Below are positions 52,101-64,000 of a stretch of 64,000 bases of DNA, one piece after another; the first letter of the stretch is position 1; every line of letters begins with the position of its first letter. The notes beneath the pieces are model-generated. The model did not search any database. It saw only the letters and a list, made by a program, of their open reading frames with translations, and was not told the origin of the DNA. Source of the DNA: Haliotis cracherodii (lineage: Eukaryota); contig NW_027266272.1 in NCBI RefSeq assembly GCF_022045235.1, positions 29,140,001 through 29,204,000 of the forward strand. The letters are read 5' to 3'. Position numbers and translations under genes: made by a program.

Positions 52101-55100
52101 CTCAATCATCCTTACTTCCCCCTCCATCCTCCCTACGTTCCCCTCCATCCTCCCTACTTCCCCTCCATCACCCCTACTTCCCTCCATCCTCACTACTTCC
52201 CCTCAATCATCCCTACTTCCCCCTTCATCCTCCCTACTTCCCCTCCATCATCCCTACTTCCCCCTCCATCATCCTACTTCACCTTCCATGCCCTCTGCTT
52301 CCCCCTTCATCCTCCCCTACTTTTCCTTCCATGATCCCTTCTTCCCCTCCATCCTCCCCTGTTTCCCCCTCCATCCTCCCAACATCCCCTCCATCCTCCC
52401 TACTTCCCCTCAATCAACCCTACTTCCCCCTATATCCTCCCTATTTTCTCCTCAATCCTCCACTACTTGACCTTCCATTTTCCCTACTTCCACACCACCA
52501 TCCTCCCAACTTCCCCTCCATCCTCCCTAACTCTGCCTCTATCCTCCCCTATTTCCCCCTCCATCCTCCCTACTTCCCCTCCATCATCCCTACTTCCACT
52601 CCGTCATCCCTACTTCCCCTCAATTATCCCTACTTCCCTTCCATCCTAATAGCTTGAAGTCCATTCTCCCATACTTCCCCTCCATCCTCCCTACTTCCAC
52701 TCCTTCCTCAAAAACTTCCCCCTTCTTCCTCCCTACTTCCCCTCCATCATCACTACTTCCCCCTCCATCCCCACTATTTCCCTGTCCACCCTCCCCACTT
52801 CTCTTCCATCCTCCCTACTTCCCCTCAATCATCCCTACTCCCCCCTTCATCCTCCCTACTTTCTCCCCCAACTTACCCTTCTATGATCCCTACTTCCTCT
52901 CCATCCTCACTACTTCCCTTCCATCCTCCCTACTTCCCCCTCCACCCCCCCTGCTTAGCCTCACTCCTCCCTATTTCTCCTCCATCCTCCCTACTTCTCC
53001 CTCCATCGTCCTTCTTCACCTTCCATGACCCTTGCTTCCCCTTCATCATAATATCCTCTCCCTTCCATCATCCCTACTTCCCCTCCATCCTCCCTACTTC
53101 CCCTCCATCCTCCAAACTTTCCCCTCCATCCTCCCTACTTCCACTCCATCCTCACTACTTCCCCTCCATCCTCCCTATTTCCACACCATCCTCCCCATTT
53201 CCCCTGCATCGTCTTTACCTCTGCCTCTATCCTCCTCTGCTTCCTCTCTATCCCCCCTACTTCCCCTCCATCCTCCCTACTTCCACTCCATCCTCCCTAC
53301 TTCCCATCCATCCTTCCAACTTCCTCCTCCATCCTCCCTACTTCCCCTCCATCCTCCCTAATTTCCCCTCCGTCATCCCTACTTCCCCTCCAGCATCCTT
53401 ACTTCCCGTCCATCCTCCCTACTTCTCCTCCATCCTCCCAACTTCCTCCTCCATCCTCCCTACTTCCCATCCATCCTCACTACTTCCCCTCCATCCTCCC
53501 TACTTCCACATCATCCTCCCACTTCCCCTCCATCCTCCCTACTTCCACTCCTTCCTCAAAAACTTCCCCCTTCTTCCTCCCTACTTCCCCTCCATCATCA
53601 CTACTTCCCCCTCCATCCCCACTATTTCCCCGTCCACCCTCCCCACTTCTCTTCCATCCTCCCTACTTCCCCTCAATCATCCCTACTCCCCCCTTCATCC
53701 TCCCTACTTTCTCCCCCAACTTACCCTTCTATGATCCCTACTTCCTCTCCATCCTCACTACTTCCCTTCCATCCTCCCTACTTCCCCCTCCACCCCCCCC
53801 TGCTTAGCCTCACTCCTCCCTATTTCTCCTCCATCCTCCCTACTTCTCCCTCCATCGTCCTTCTTCACCTTCCATGACCCTTGCTTCCCCTTCATCATAA
53901 TATCCTCTCCCTTCCATCATCCCTACTTCCCCTCCATCCTCCCTACTTCCCCTCCATCCTCCCAACTTTCCCCTCCATCCTCCCTACTTCCACTCCATCC
54001 TCACTACTTCCCCTCCATCCTCCCTATTTCTACACCATCCTCCCCATTTCCCCTCCATCGTATTTACCTCTGCCTCTATCCTCCTCTGTTTCCTCTCTAT
54101 CCCCCCTACTTTCCCCTCCATCCTCCCTACTTCCACTCCATCCTCCCTACTTCCCATCCATCCTTCCAACTTCCTCCTCCATCCTCCCTACTTCCAGTCC
54201 ATCCTCCCTAATTTCCCCTCCATCATCCCTACTTCCCCTCCAGCGTCCTTACTTCCCGTCCATCCTCCCTACTTCTCCTCCATCCTCCCAACTTCCTCCT
54301 CCATCCTCCCTACTTCCCATCCATCCTCACTACTTCCCCTCCATCCTCCCTACTTCCACATCATCCTCCCACTTCCCCTCCATCCTCTTTACCTCTGCCT
54401 CCATCCTCCCCTGTTTCCCCCTCCATCCTCCCTACTTCCCCTCCATCATCCCTACGTCCACTCCATCATCCCTACTTCCCCTCCATAATCCCTACTTCCA
54501 CCTCCATCATCCCTGCTTAGCTTCAATCCTCCCTACTTCCCCTCCATCCTCCCAACTTCCTCCTCCATCGTTCCTACTTCCCCTCCAACATCCCTACTTC
54601 CCCTCCATCCTACCTACTTCCCCTCCATCCTCCATACGTCCCCTCCATCCTCACTACTTCCCTTCAATCCTCACTACCTCAGCCTCCATCCTCCCCTGTT
54701 TCCCCCTCAATCATCCCCACTTCTCCTCCATCCTCCCTACTTCCCCTCAATCATCCCTACTTCCCCCTATTTCCTCCCTACTTTCCCTCCATCCTCCCTA
54801 CTTCCCCTCAATCATCCTTACTTCCCCCTCTATCCTCCCTACTTTCCCCTCCATCCTCCTTACTTCCCCTCAATCATCCTTACTTCCCCCTCAATCCTCC
54901 CTACTTTCCCTCCATCCTCCCTACTTTCCCTCCATCCTCCCAACTTCCCCTTCATCCTCCCCTGTTTCCCCTCCATCATCCCCACTTCTCCATCCTCCCT
55001 ACTTCCCCTCAATCATCCCTACTTCCCCCTTCATCCTCCCTACTTCCCCTCCATCCCTACTTCCCCTCCATCATCCCTACTTCCCCCTCCATCATCCTAC

Positions 55101-58100
55101 TTCACCTTCGATGCCCCCTGCTTCCCCCTTTATCACAACTTCCTCTCCCAACCATCCTTCGCAGTTCCCTTCCATCCTCCCCTGCTTTTCCTTCATGATC
55201 CCTACTTCCCCTCCATCCTCCCTACTTCCCCTCCATCCTCCCCTACTTTTCCTTCCATGATCCCTTCTTCCCCTCCAACCTCCCCTGTTTCCCCCTCCAT
55301 CCTCCCAACATCCCCTCCATCCTCCCTACTTCCCCTCAATCAACCCTACTTCCCCCTATATCCTCCGTATTTTCTCCTCCATCCTTCTCTACTTACCCTT
55401 CCATCCTCCATACTTCCACACCGCCATCCTCCCCACTTCCCCTCCATCCTCCCTAACTCTGCCTCTATCCTCCCCTGTTTCCCCCTCCATCCTCCCTACT
55501 TCCACTCCATCATCCCTACTTCCCCTCCATAATCCCTACTTCCCTTCCATCCAAATAGCTTGAACTCCATTCTCCCATACTTCCCCTTCTTCCTCCCTAC
55601 TTCCCCTCCATCATCACTACTTCCCATCCATCCTCACTATTTCCCCGTCCACCCTCCCGACTTCCCCTCAATCATCCCTACTCCCCCCTTCATCCTCCCT
55701 ACTTTGTCCTCCATACTCCCCAACTTACCCTTCTATGATCCCTGCTTCCCCTCCATCCTCCCTACCTAACCTCCTTCCTTCCTATTTTCCCTCCATCCTC
55801 CCTACTTTCCTTCAATCCTCCCTACTTCCCAGTTCACCCTCCCTACTTTAGCCTCCTTCCTTCCTTTTTCACCTCCATCCTCCCTACTTCCCCCTCCATC
55901 ATCTTGCTTCACCTTCCATGCCCCCTGCTTCCCCCTTCATCATAACTTCCTCTCCCATCCATCCTCCGTCCTTCACCTCCATCCTCCCCTACTTTCCCTT
56001 CCATGATCCCTACTTCCCCTCCATTATCCCTACTTCCACTCCATCATCCCTACTTCCCCTCCATTATCCCTACTTCCCTTCCATCCTAATAGCTTGAACT
56101 CCATTTTCCCATACTTCCCCTCCATCCTCCCTACTTCCACTCCTTCCTCCCTACTTCCACACAATCCTCCCTACTTCCCCTCCTTCCTCATTACCTCAGC
56201 CTCCATACACCCCTGTTTCCCCTCAATCATCCCCACTTCTCCTCCATCCTCCCTACTTCCCCTCAATCATCCTTACTTCCCCCTCCATCCTCCCTACGTT
56301 CCCCTCCATCCTCCCTACTTCCCCTCCATCACCCCTACTTCCCTCCATCCTCACTACTTCCCCTCAATCATCCCTACTTCCCCCTTCATCCTCCCTACTT
56401 CCCCTCCATCATCCCTACTTCCCCCTCCATCATCCTACTTCACCTTCCATGCCCTCTGCTTCCCCCTTCATCCTCCCCTACTTTTCCTTCCATGATCCCT
56501 TCTTCCCCTCCATCCTCCCCTGTTTCCCCCTCCATCCTCCCAACATCCCCTCCATCCTCCCTACTTCCCCTCAATCAACCCTACTTCCCCCTATATCCTC
56601 CCTATTTTCTCCTCAATCCTCCACTACTTGACCTTCCATTTTCCCTACTTCCACACCACCATCCTCCCAACTTCCCCTCCATCCTCCCTAACTCTGCCTC
56701 TATCCTCCCCTATTTCCCCCTCCATCCTCCCTACTTCCCCTCCATCATCCCTACTTCCACTCCGTCATCCCTACTTCCCCTCAATTATCCCTACTTCCCT
56801 TCCATCCTAATAGCTTGAAGTCCATTCTCCCATACTTCCCCTCCATCCTCCCTACTTCCACTCCTTCCTCAAAAACTTCCCCCTTCTTCCTCCCTACTTC
56901 CCCTCCATCATCACTACTTCCCCCTCCATCCCCACTATTTCCCTGTCCACCCTCCCCACTTCTCTTCCATCCTCCCTACTTCCCCTCAATCATCCCTACT
57001 CCCCCCTTCATCCTCCCTACTTTCTCCCCCAACTTACCCTTCTATGATCCCTACTTCCTCTCCATCCTCACTACTTCCCTTCCATCCTCCCTACTTCCCC
57101 CTCCACCCCCCCTGCTTAGCCTCACTCCTCCCTATTTCTCCTCCATCCTCCCTACTTCTCCCTCCATCGTCCTTCTTCACCTTCCATGACCCTTGCTTCC
57201 CCTTCATCATAATATCCTCTCCCTTCCATCATCCCTACTTCCCCTCCATCCTCCCTACTTCCCCTCCATCCTCCAAACTTTCCCCTCCATCCTCCCTACT
57301 TCCACTCCATCCTCACTACTTCCCCTCCATCCTCCCTATTTCCACACCATCCTCCCCATTTCCCCTGCATCGTCTTTACCTCTGCCTCTATCCTCCTCTG
57401 CTTCCTCTCTATCCCCCCTACTTCCCCTCCATCCTCCCTACTTCCACTCCATCCTCCCTACTTCCCATCCATCCTTCCAACTTCCTCCTCCATCCTCCCT
57501 ACTTCCCCTCCATCCTCCCTAATTTCCCCTCCGTCATCCCTACTTCCCCTCCAGCATCCTTACTTCCCGTCCATCCTCCCTACTTCTCCTCCATCCTCCC
57601 AACTTCCTCCTCCATCCTCCCTACTTCCCATCCATCCTCACTACTTCCCCTCCATCCTCCCTACTTCCACATCATCCTCCCACTTCCCCTCCATCCTCCC
57701 TACTTCCACTCCTTCCTCAAAAACTTCCTCCTTCTTCCTCCCTACTTCCCCTCCATCATCACTACTTCCCCCTCCATCCCCACTATTTCCCCGTCCACCC
57801 TCCCCACTTCTCTTCCATCCTCCCTACTTCCCCTCAATCATCCCTACTCCCCCCTTCATCCTCCCTACTTTCTCCCCCAACTTACCCTTCTATGATCCCT
57901 ACTTCCTCTCCATCCTCACTACTTCCCTTCCATCCTCCCTACTTCCCCCTCCACCCCCCCCTGCTTAGCCTCACTCCTCCCTATTTCTCCTCCATCCTCC
58001 CTACTTCTCCCTCCATCTTCCTTCTTCACCTTCCATGACCCTTGCTTCCCCTTCATCATAATATCCTCTCCCTTCCATCATCCCTACTTCCCCTCCATCC

Positions 58101-61100
58101 TCCCTACTTCCCCTCCATCCTCCCAACTTTCCCCTCCATCCTCCCTACTTCCACTCCATCCTCACTACTTCCCCTCCATCCTCCCTATTTCTACACCATC
58201 CTCCCCATTTCCCCTCCATCGTATTTACCTCTGCCTCTATCCTCCTCTGTTTCCTCTCTATCCCCCCTACTTTCCCCTCCATCCTCCCTACTTCCACTCC
58301 ATCCTCCCTACTTCCCATCCATCCTTCCAACTTCCTCCTCCATCCTCCCTACTTCCAGTCCATCCTCCCTAATTTCCCCTCCATCATCCCTACTTCCCCT
58401 CCAGCGTCCTTACTTCCCGTCCATCCTCCCTACTTCTCCTCCATCCTCCCAACTTCCTCCTCCATCCTCCCTACTTCCCATCCATCCTCACTACTTCCCC
58501 TCCATCCTCCCTACTTCCACATCATCCTCCCACTTCCCCTCCATCCTCTTTACCTCTGCCTCCATCCTCCCCTGTTTCCCCCTCCATCCTCCCTACTTCC
58601 CCTCCATCATCCCTACGTCCACTCCATCATCCCTACTTCCCCTCCATAATCCCTACTTCCACCTCCATCATCCCTGCTTAGCTTCAATCCTCCCTACTTC
58701 CCCTCCATCCTCCCAACTTCCTCCTCCATCGTTCCTACTTCCCCTCCAACATCCCTACTTCCCCTCCATCCTACCTACTTCCCCTCCATCCTCCATACGT
58801 CCCCTCCATCCTCACTACTTCCCTTCAATCCTCACTACCTCAGCCTCCATCCTCCCCTGTTTCCCCCTCAATCATCCCCACTTCTCCTCCATCCTCCCTA
58901 CTTCCCCTCAATCATCCCTACTTCCCCCTTCATCCTCCCTACTTCCCCTCCATCCCTACTTCCCCTCCATCATCCCTACTTCCCCCTCCATCATCCTACT
59001 TCACCTTCGATGCCCCCTGCTTCCCCCTTTATCACAACTTCCTCTCCCAACCATCCTTCGCAGTTCCCTTCCATCCTCCCCTGCTTTTCCTTCATGATCC
59101 CTACTTCCCCTCCATCCTCCCTACTTCCCCTCCATCCTCCCCTACTTTTCCTTCCATGATCCCTTCTTCCCCTCCAACCTCCCCTGTTTCCCCCTCCATC
59201 CTCCCAACATCCCCTCCATCCTCCCTACTTCCCCTCAATCAACCCTACTTCCCCCTATATCCTCCGTATTTTCTCCTCCATCCTTCTCTACTTACCCTTC
59301 CATCCTCCATACTTCCACACCGCCATCCTCCCCACTTCCCCTCCATCCTCCCTAACTCTGCCTCTATCCTCCCCTGTTTCCCCCTCCATCCTCCCTACTT
59401 CCACTCCATCATCCCTACTTCCCCTCCATAATCCCTACTTCCCTTCCATCCAAATAGCTTGAACTCCATTCTCCCATACTTCCCCTTCTTCCTCCCTACT
59501 TCCCCTCCATCATCACTACTTCCCATCCATCCTCACTATTTCCCCGTCCACCCTCCCGACTTCCCCTCAATCATCCCTACTCCCCCCTTCATCCTCCCTA
59601 CTTTGTCCTCCATACTCCCCAACTTACCCTTCTATGATCCCTGCTTCCTCTCCATCCTCACTACTTCCCCTCCATCCTCCCTACTTCACCCTCCATTCTC
59701 CCTGCTTAGCCTCACTCCTCCCTATTTCTCCTCCATCCTCCCTACTTTCCCCTCCATCGTCCTACTTCACCTTCCATGACCCCTGCTTCCCCCTTCATCA
59801 TAACTTCCTCTCCCATCCATCCTCCCTACTTCCCCTCCATCCTCCCCTACTTTCCCTTCCATGATCCCTACTTCCCCTCCACCCTCCCTACTTCCCCTCC
59901 ATCCTCCCAACTCTCCCCTCCATCCTCACTACTTCCCCTCCATCCTCACTACTTCCCCTCCATCCTCCCTACTTCCACACCATCCTCCCCACTTCCCCTC
60001 CATCGTCCTTACCTCTGCCTCCATCCTCCCCTGTTTCCCCCTCTATCGTCCCTACTTCCCCTCCATCCTCCCTACTTCCACTCCATCCTCCCTACTTCCC
60101 CTCCATCCTCCCAACTTCCTCCTCCATCCTCCCTTCTTCCCCTATATCCTCCCTATTTTCTCCTCCATCCTCCACTACTTTCCCTTCCATCCTCCCTACT
60201 TCCACACCACCATCCTCCCCAATTCCCCTCCATCCTCCCTACATCATCCCTACTTCCACTCCATCATCCCTACTTCCCCTGCATAATCCCTACTTCCCTT
60301 CCATCCTAATAGCTTGAACTCCATTCTCCCTTACTTCCCCTCCATCCTCCCTACTTCCCCTCCATCCTCCCTACTTTCCCCTCCATCCTCCCTACTTCCC
60401 CTCCATCACCCCTACTTCCCCTCCATCCTCACTACTTCTCTATTTCTCCCTACTTCCACACGATCCTCCCTTCTTCCCCTCCATCCTCCCCTGTTCCCCT
60501 TCCATCATCCCCACTTCTCCATCCTCCCTACTTCCCCTCAATCATCCCTACTTCCCCCTTCATCATCCCTACTTCCCCTCCATCCCTACTTCCCCTCCAT
60601 CATCCCTACTTCCCCCTCCATCATCCTACTTCACCTTCGATGACCCCTGCTTCCCCCTTCATTATAACTTCCTCTTCCAACCATCCTTCGAACTTCCCCT
60701 CCATCCTCGCCTACTTTTCCTTCCATGATCCCTACTTCCCCTCCATCCTCCCTACTTCCCCTCCATCCTCCCCTACTTTTCCTTCCATGATCCCTTCTTC
60801 CCCTCCATCCTCCCCTGTTTCCCCCTCCATCCTCCCAACATCCCCTCCATCCTCACTACTTCCCCTCAATAAACCCTACTTCCCCTTATATCCTCCCTAT
60901 TTTCTCCTCCATCCTCCACAACTTATCCTTCCATCCTCCCTACTTCCACACCACCATCCTCCCCACTTCCCCTCCATCCTCCCTAACTCTGCCTCCATCC
61001 TCCCCTGTTTCCCCCTCCATCCTCCCTTCTTCCCCTCCATCATCCCTGCTTCCACTCCATCACTACTTCCCTTCCATAATCTCTACTTCCCTTCAATCCT

Positions 61101-64000
61101 AATTGCTTGAAGTCCATTCTCCCATACTTCCCCTTCTTCCTCCCTACTTCCCCTCCATCATCACTACTTCCCCTCCATCCTCACTATTTCCCCGTCCACC
61201 CTCCCGACTTCTCCTCCATCGTCCCTACTTCCCCTCAATCATCCCTACTACCCCCCTTCATCCTCCCTACTTTCTCCTCCATACTCCCCAACTTACCCTT
61301 CTATGATCCCTACTTCCTCTCCATCCTCACTACTTCCCCTCCATCCTCCCTACTTCCCCCTCCATCCTCCCTGCTTAGCCTCAATCCTCCCTATTTCTCC
61401 TCCATCCTCCCTACTTTCCCCTCCATCGTCCTACTTCACCTTCCATGACCCCTGCTTCCCCCTTCATCATAACTTCCTCTCCCATCCATCCTCCGTACTT
61501 CCCCTCCAACCTCGCCTACTTCTCCTTCCATGATCCCTACTTACCCTGCATCCTGCCTACTTCCCCTCCATCCTCCCAACTTTCCCATCCATCCTCCCTA
61601 CTTTCCCTGCATCCTCACTACTTAACCTCCATCCTCCCTACTTGCACACCATCCTCCCCACTTCCCCTCCATCGTCTTTACCTCTGCCTCCATCCTCCCC
61701 TGTTTCCCCCTCTATCGTCCCTACTTCCCCTCCATCCTCCGTACTTCCCCTTTCATCCTCACTATTTCCTCTTCCATCCTCCCTACTTTCCCCTCCATCA
61801 TCCCTACTTCCCCTCCAACATCCTTACTTCCCGTCCATCCTCCCTACTTCCCCTCCATCCTCACAACTTCCTCCTCCATCCTCCCTACTTCCCATCCATC
61901 CTCACTACTTCACCTCTATCCTCCCTACTTCCACATCATCCTCCCCACTTCCCCTCCATCCTCTTCACCTCTGCCTCCATACTCCCCTGTTTCCCAATCC
62001 ATCCTCCCTACTTTCCCTCCATCATCCCTACTTCCACTCCGTCATCCCTACTTCCCCTCCATAATCCCTACTTCCCTTCCATCCTAATAGCTTGAACTCC
62101 ATTCTCCCATACATCCCTCCATCATCCCTACTTCCCCTCCATCCTCCAAACTTTCTCTATCCTTCCTACTTCCCCTCCATCCTCACTACTTCCCCTCCAT
62201 CCTCCCTACTTCCACACCATCCTCCCCACTTCCCCTCCATCCTATTTACCTCTGTCTCCATCCTCCCCTGTTTCCCCCTCTATCCTCCCTACTTCCCCTC
62301 CATCATCCCTACTTCCCTAGTTTGACTTCCATCCCCCTACTTCCCTACTTCTTCTCTATCATCCGTACTTCCCCTCCATCATCCCTACTTTCCCTCCATC
62401 GTACCTGCTTCCCCCTCCACCCTGCCTACTTTCCCCTCCATCCTCCCTACCTAACCTCCTTCCTTCCTATTTTCCCTCCATCCTCCCTACTTTCCTTCAA
62501 TCCTCCCTACTTCCCAGTTCACCCTCCCTACTTTAGCCTCCTTCCTTCCTTTTTCACCTCCATCCTCCCTACTTCCCCCTCCATCATCTTGCTTCACCTT
62601 CCATGCCCCCTGCTTCCCCCTTCATCATAACTTCCTCTCCCATCCATCCTCCGTCCTTCACCTCCATCCTCCCCTACTTTCCCTTCCATGATCCCTACTT
62701 CCCCTCCATCCTCCCTACTTCCACTCCATCATCCCTACTTCCCCTCCATTATCCCTACTTCCCTTCCAGCCTAATAGCTTGAACTCCATTCTCCCATACT
62801 TCCCCTCCATCCTCCCTACTTCCACTCCTTCCTCCCTACTTCCACACAATCCTCCCTACTTCCCCTCCATCCTTATTACCTCAGCCTCCATACACCCCTA
62901 TTTCCCCCTCAATCATCCCCACTTCTCCTCCATCCTCCCAACTTCCCCTCAATCATCCTTACTTCCCCCTCCATCCTCCCTACGTTCCCCTCCATCCTCC
63001 CTACTTCCCCTCCATCACCCCTACTTCCCTCCATCCTCACTACTTCCCTATTTCTCCCTACTTCCACACGATCCCCCCTTCTTCCCCTCCATCCTCCCCT
63101 GTTCCCCCTCCATCATCCCCACTTCTCCTCCATCCTCCCTACTTCCCCTCAATCATCCCTACTTCCCCCTCCATCATCAGACTTCACCTTCCATGCCCTC
63201 TGCTTCCCCCTTCATCATAACTTCCTCTCCCAACCATCCTTCGCACTTCCCCTCCATCCTCCCCTACTTTTCCTTCCATGATCCCTACTTCCCCTCCATC
63301 CTCTCTACTTCCCCTCCATCCTCCCCTACTTTTCTTTCCGTGATCCCTTCTTCCCCTCCATCCTCCCCTGTTTCCCCCTCCATCCTTCCGACATCCCCTC
63401 CATCCTCCCTACTTCCCCTCAATCAACCCTACTTCACCTATATCCTCCCTATTTTCTCCTCAATCCTCCACTACTTGACCTTCCATTTTCCCTACTTCCA
63501 TACCACCATCCTCCCCACTTCCCCTCCATCCTCCCTAACACTGCCTCTATCCTCCCCTGTTTCCCCCTCCATCCTCCCTACTTCCCCTCCATCATCCCTA
63601 CTTCCACTCCTTCATCCCTACTTCCCTTCAATCCTAAAAGCTTGAACTCCATTTTCCCATACTTCACCTCCATCCTCCCTACTTCCACTCCTTCCTCCAA
63701 ACTTCCCCCTTCTTCCTCCCTACTTTCCCCTCCATCATCACTACTTCCCCCTCCATCCCCACTATTTCCCCGTCCACCCTCCCCACTTCTCCTCCATCCT
63801 CCCTACTTCCCCTCAATCATCCCTACTCTCCCCTTCATCCTCCCTACTTTCTCCCCCAACTTACCCTTTTATGATCCCTACTTCCTCTCCATCCTCACTA
63901 CTTCCCTTCCATCTTCCCTACTTCCCCCTCCACCACCCCTGCTTAGCCTCACTCCTCCCTAATTCTCCTCCATCCTCCCTACTTCTCCCTCCATCGTCCT
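37163..64000 (+). repeat. Satellite C: 20/21-bp CCATCCTCCCTACTTCCCCT array, >26 kb, with nested higher-order repeats
   Basis: Direct periodicity (e.g. 50601-50640). Near-identical ORF blocks at offsets 849, 2877, 4161 and ~10900. The array runs off the window end. Confidence 0.97.

Noticed and set aside
37164-63962. Dozens of long Pro/Ser/Leu/His-rich ORFs (up to 665 aa) resembling extensins or mucins
   Set aside because: The 20-bp monomer has no plus-strand stop codon and is not a multiple of 3. All frames are open and indels ignore frame.
37163-64000. Telomeric repeat (CCCTAC resembles CCCTAA)
   Set aside because: There are no tandem CCCTAA hexamers. The motif is embedded in a 20-bp monomer.

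Overview
Eukaryotic, probably animal, repeat-dominated DNA. Short SINE-like tails hint at a mollusc, with low confidence. I see no prokaryotic features, rRNA, tRNA or CRISPR arrays. The window has two parts. (1) 1-37162 is a head-to-tail macrosatellite of three complete units (about 12.4, 12.2 and 10.2 kb) plus a truncated fourth. Each unit carries an ETS/NRF1-like/YY1 promoter, a spliced plus-strand gene for an unrecognised ~385-aa Pro/Lys/Ser-rich protein with NLS-like basic clusters and an acidic LxxLL C-terminus, and (complete units only) a 25-bp satellite, an AT-rich spacer with ~157-bp repeats and a 61-bp satellite. Only gene copy 1 (exons 1078-1401 and 1513-2346) is intact. Copies 2 and 3 share a +1 frameshift, and copy 4 has a dead acceptor plus a -1 frameshift. 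(2) 37163-64000 is a >26 kb array of a 20/21-bp pyrimidine-rich satellite with nested higher-order repeats (about 0.85, 2.9, 4.2 and 10.9 kb). Nearly all Pro/Ser/Leu/Tyr-rich ORFs in the ORF track are artefacts of stop-free satellites. The most interesting system is the gene-bearing macrosatellite abutting the satellite block. All analysis was by eye, and boundaries of degenerate repeats are approximate.
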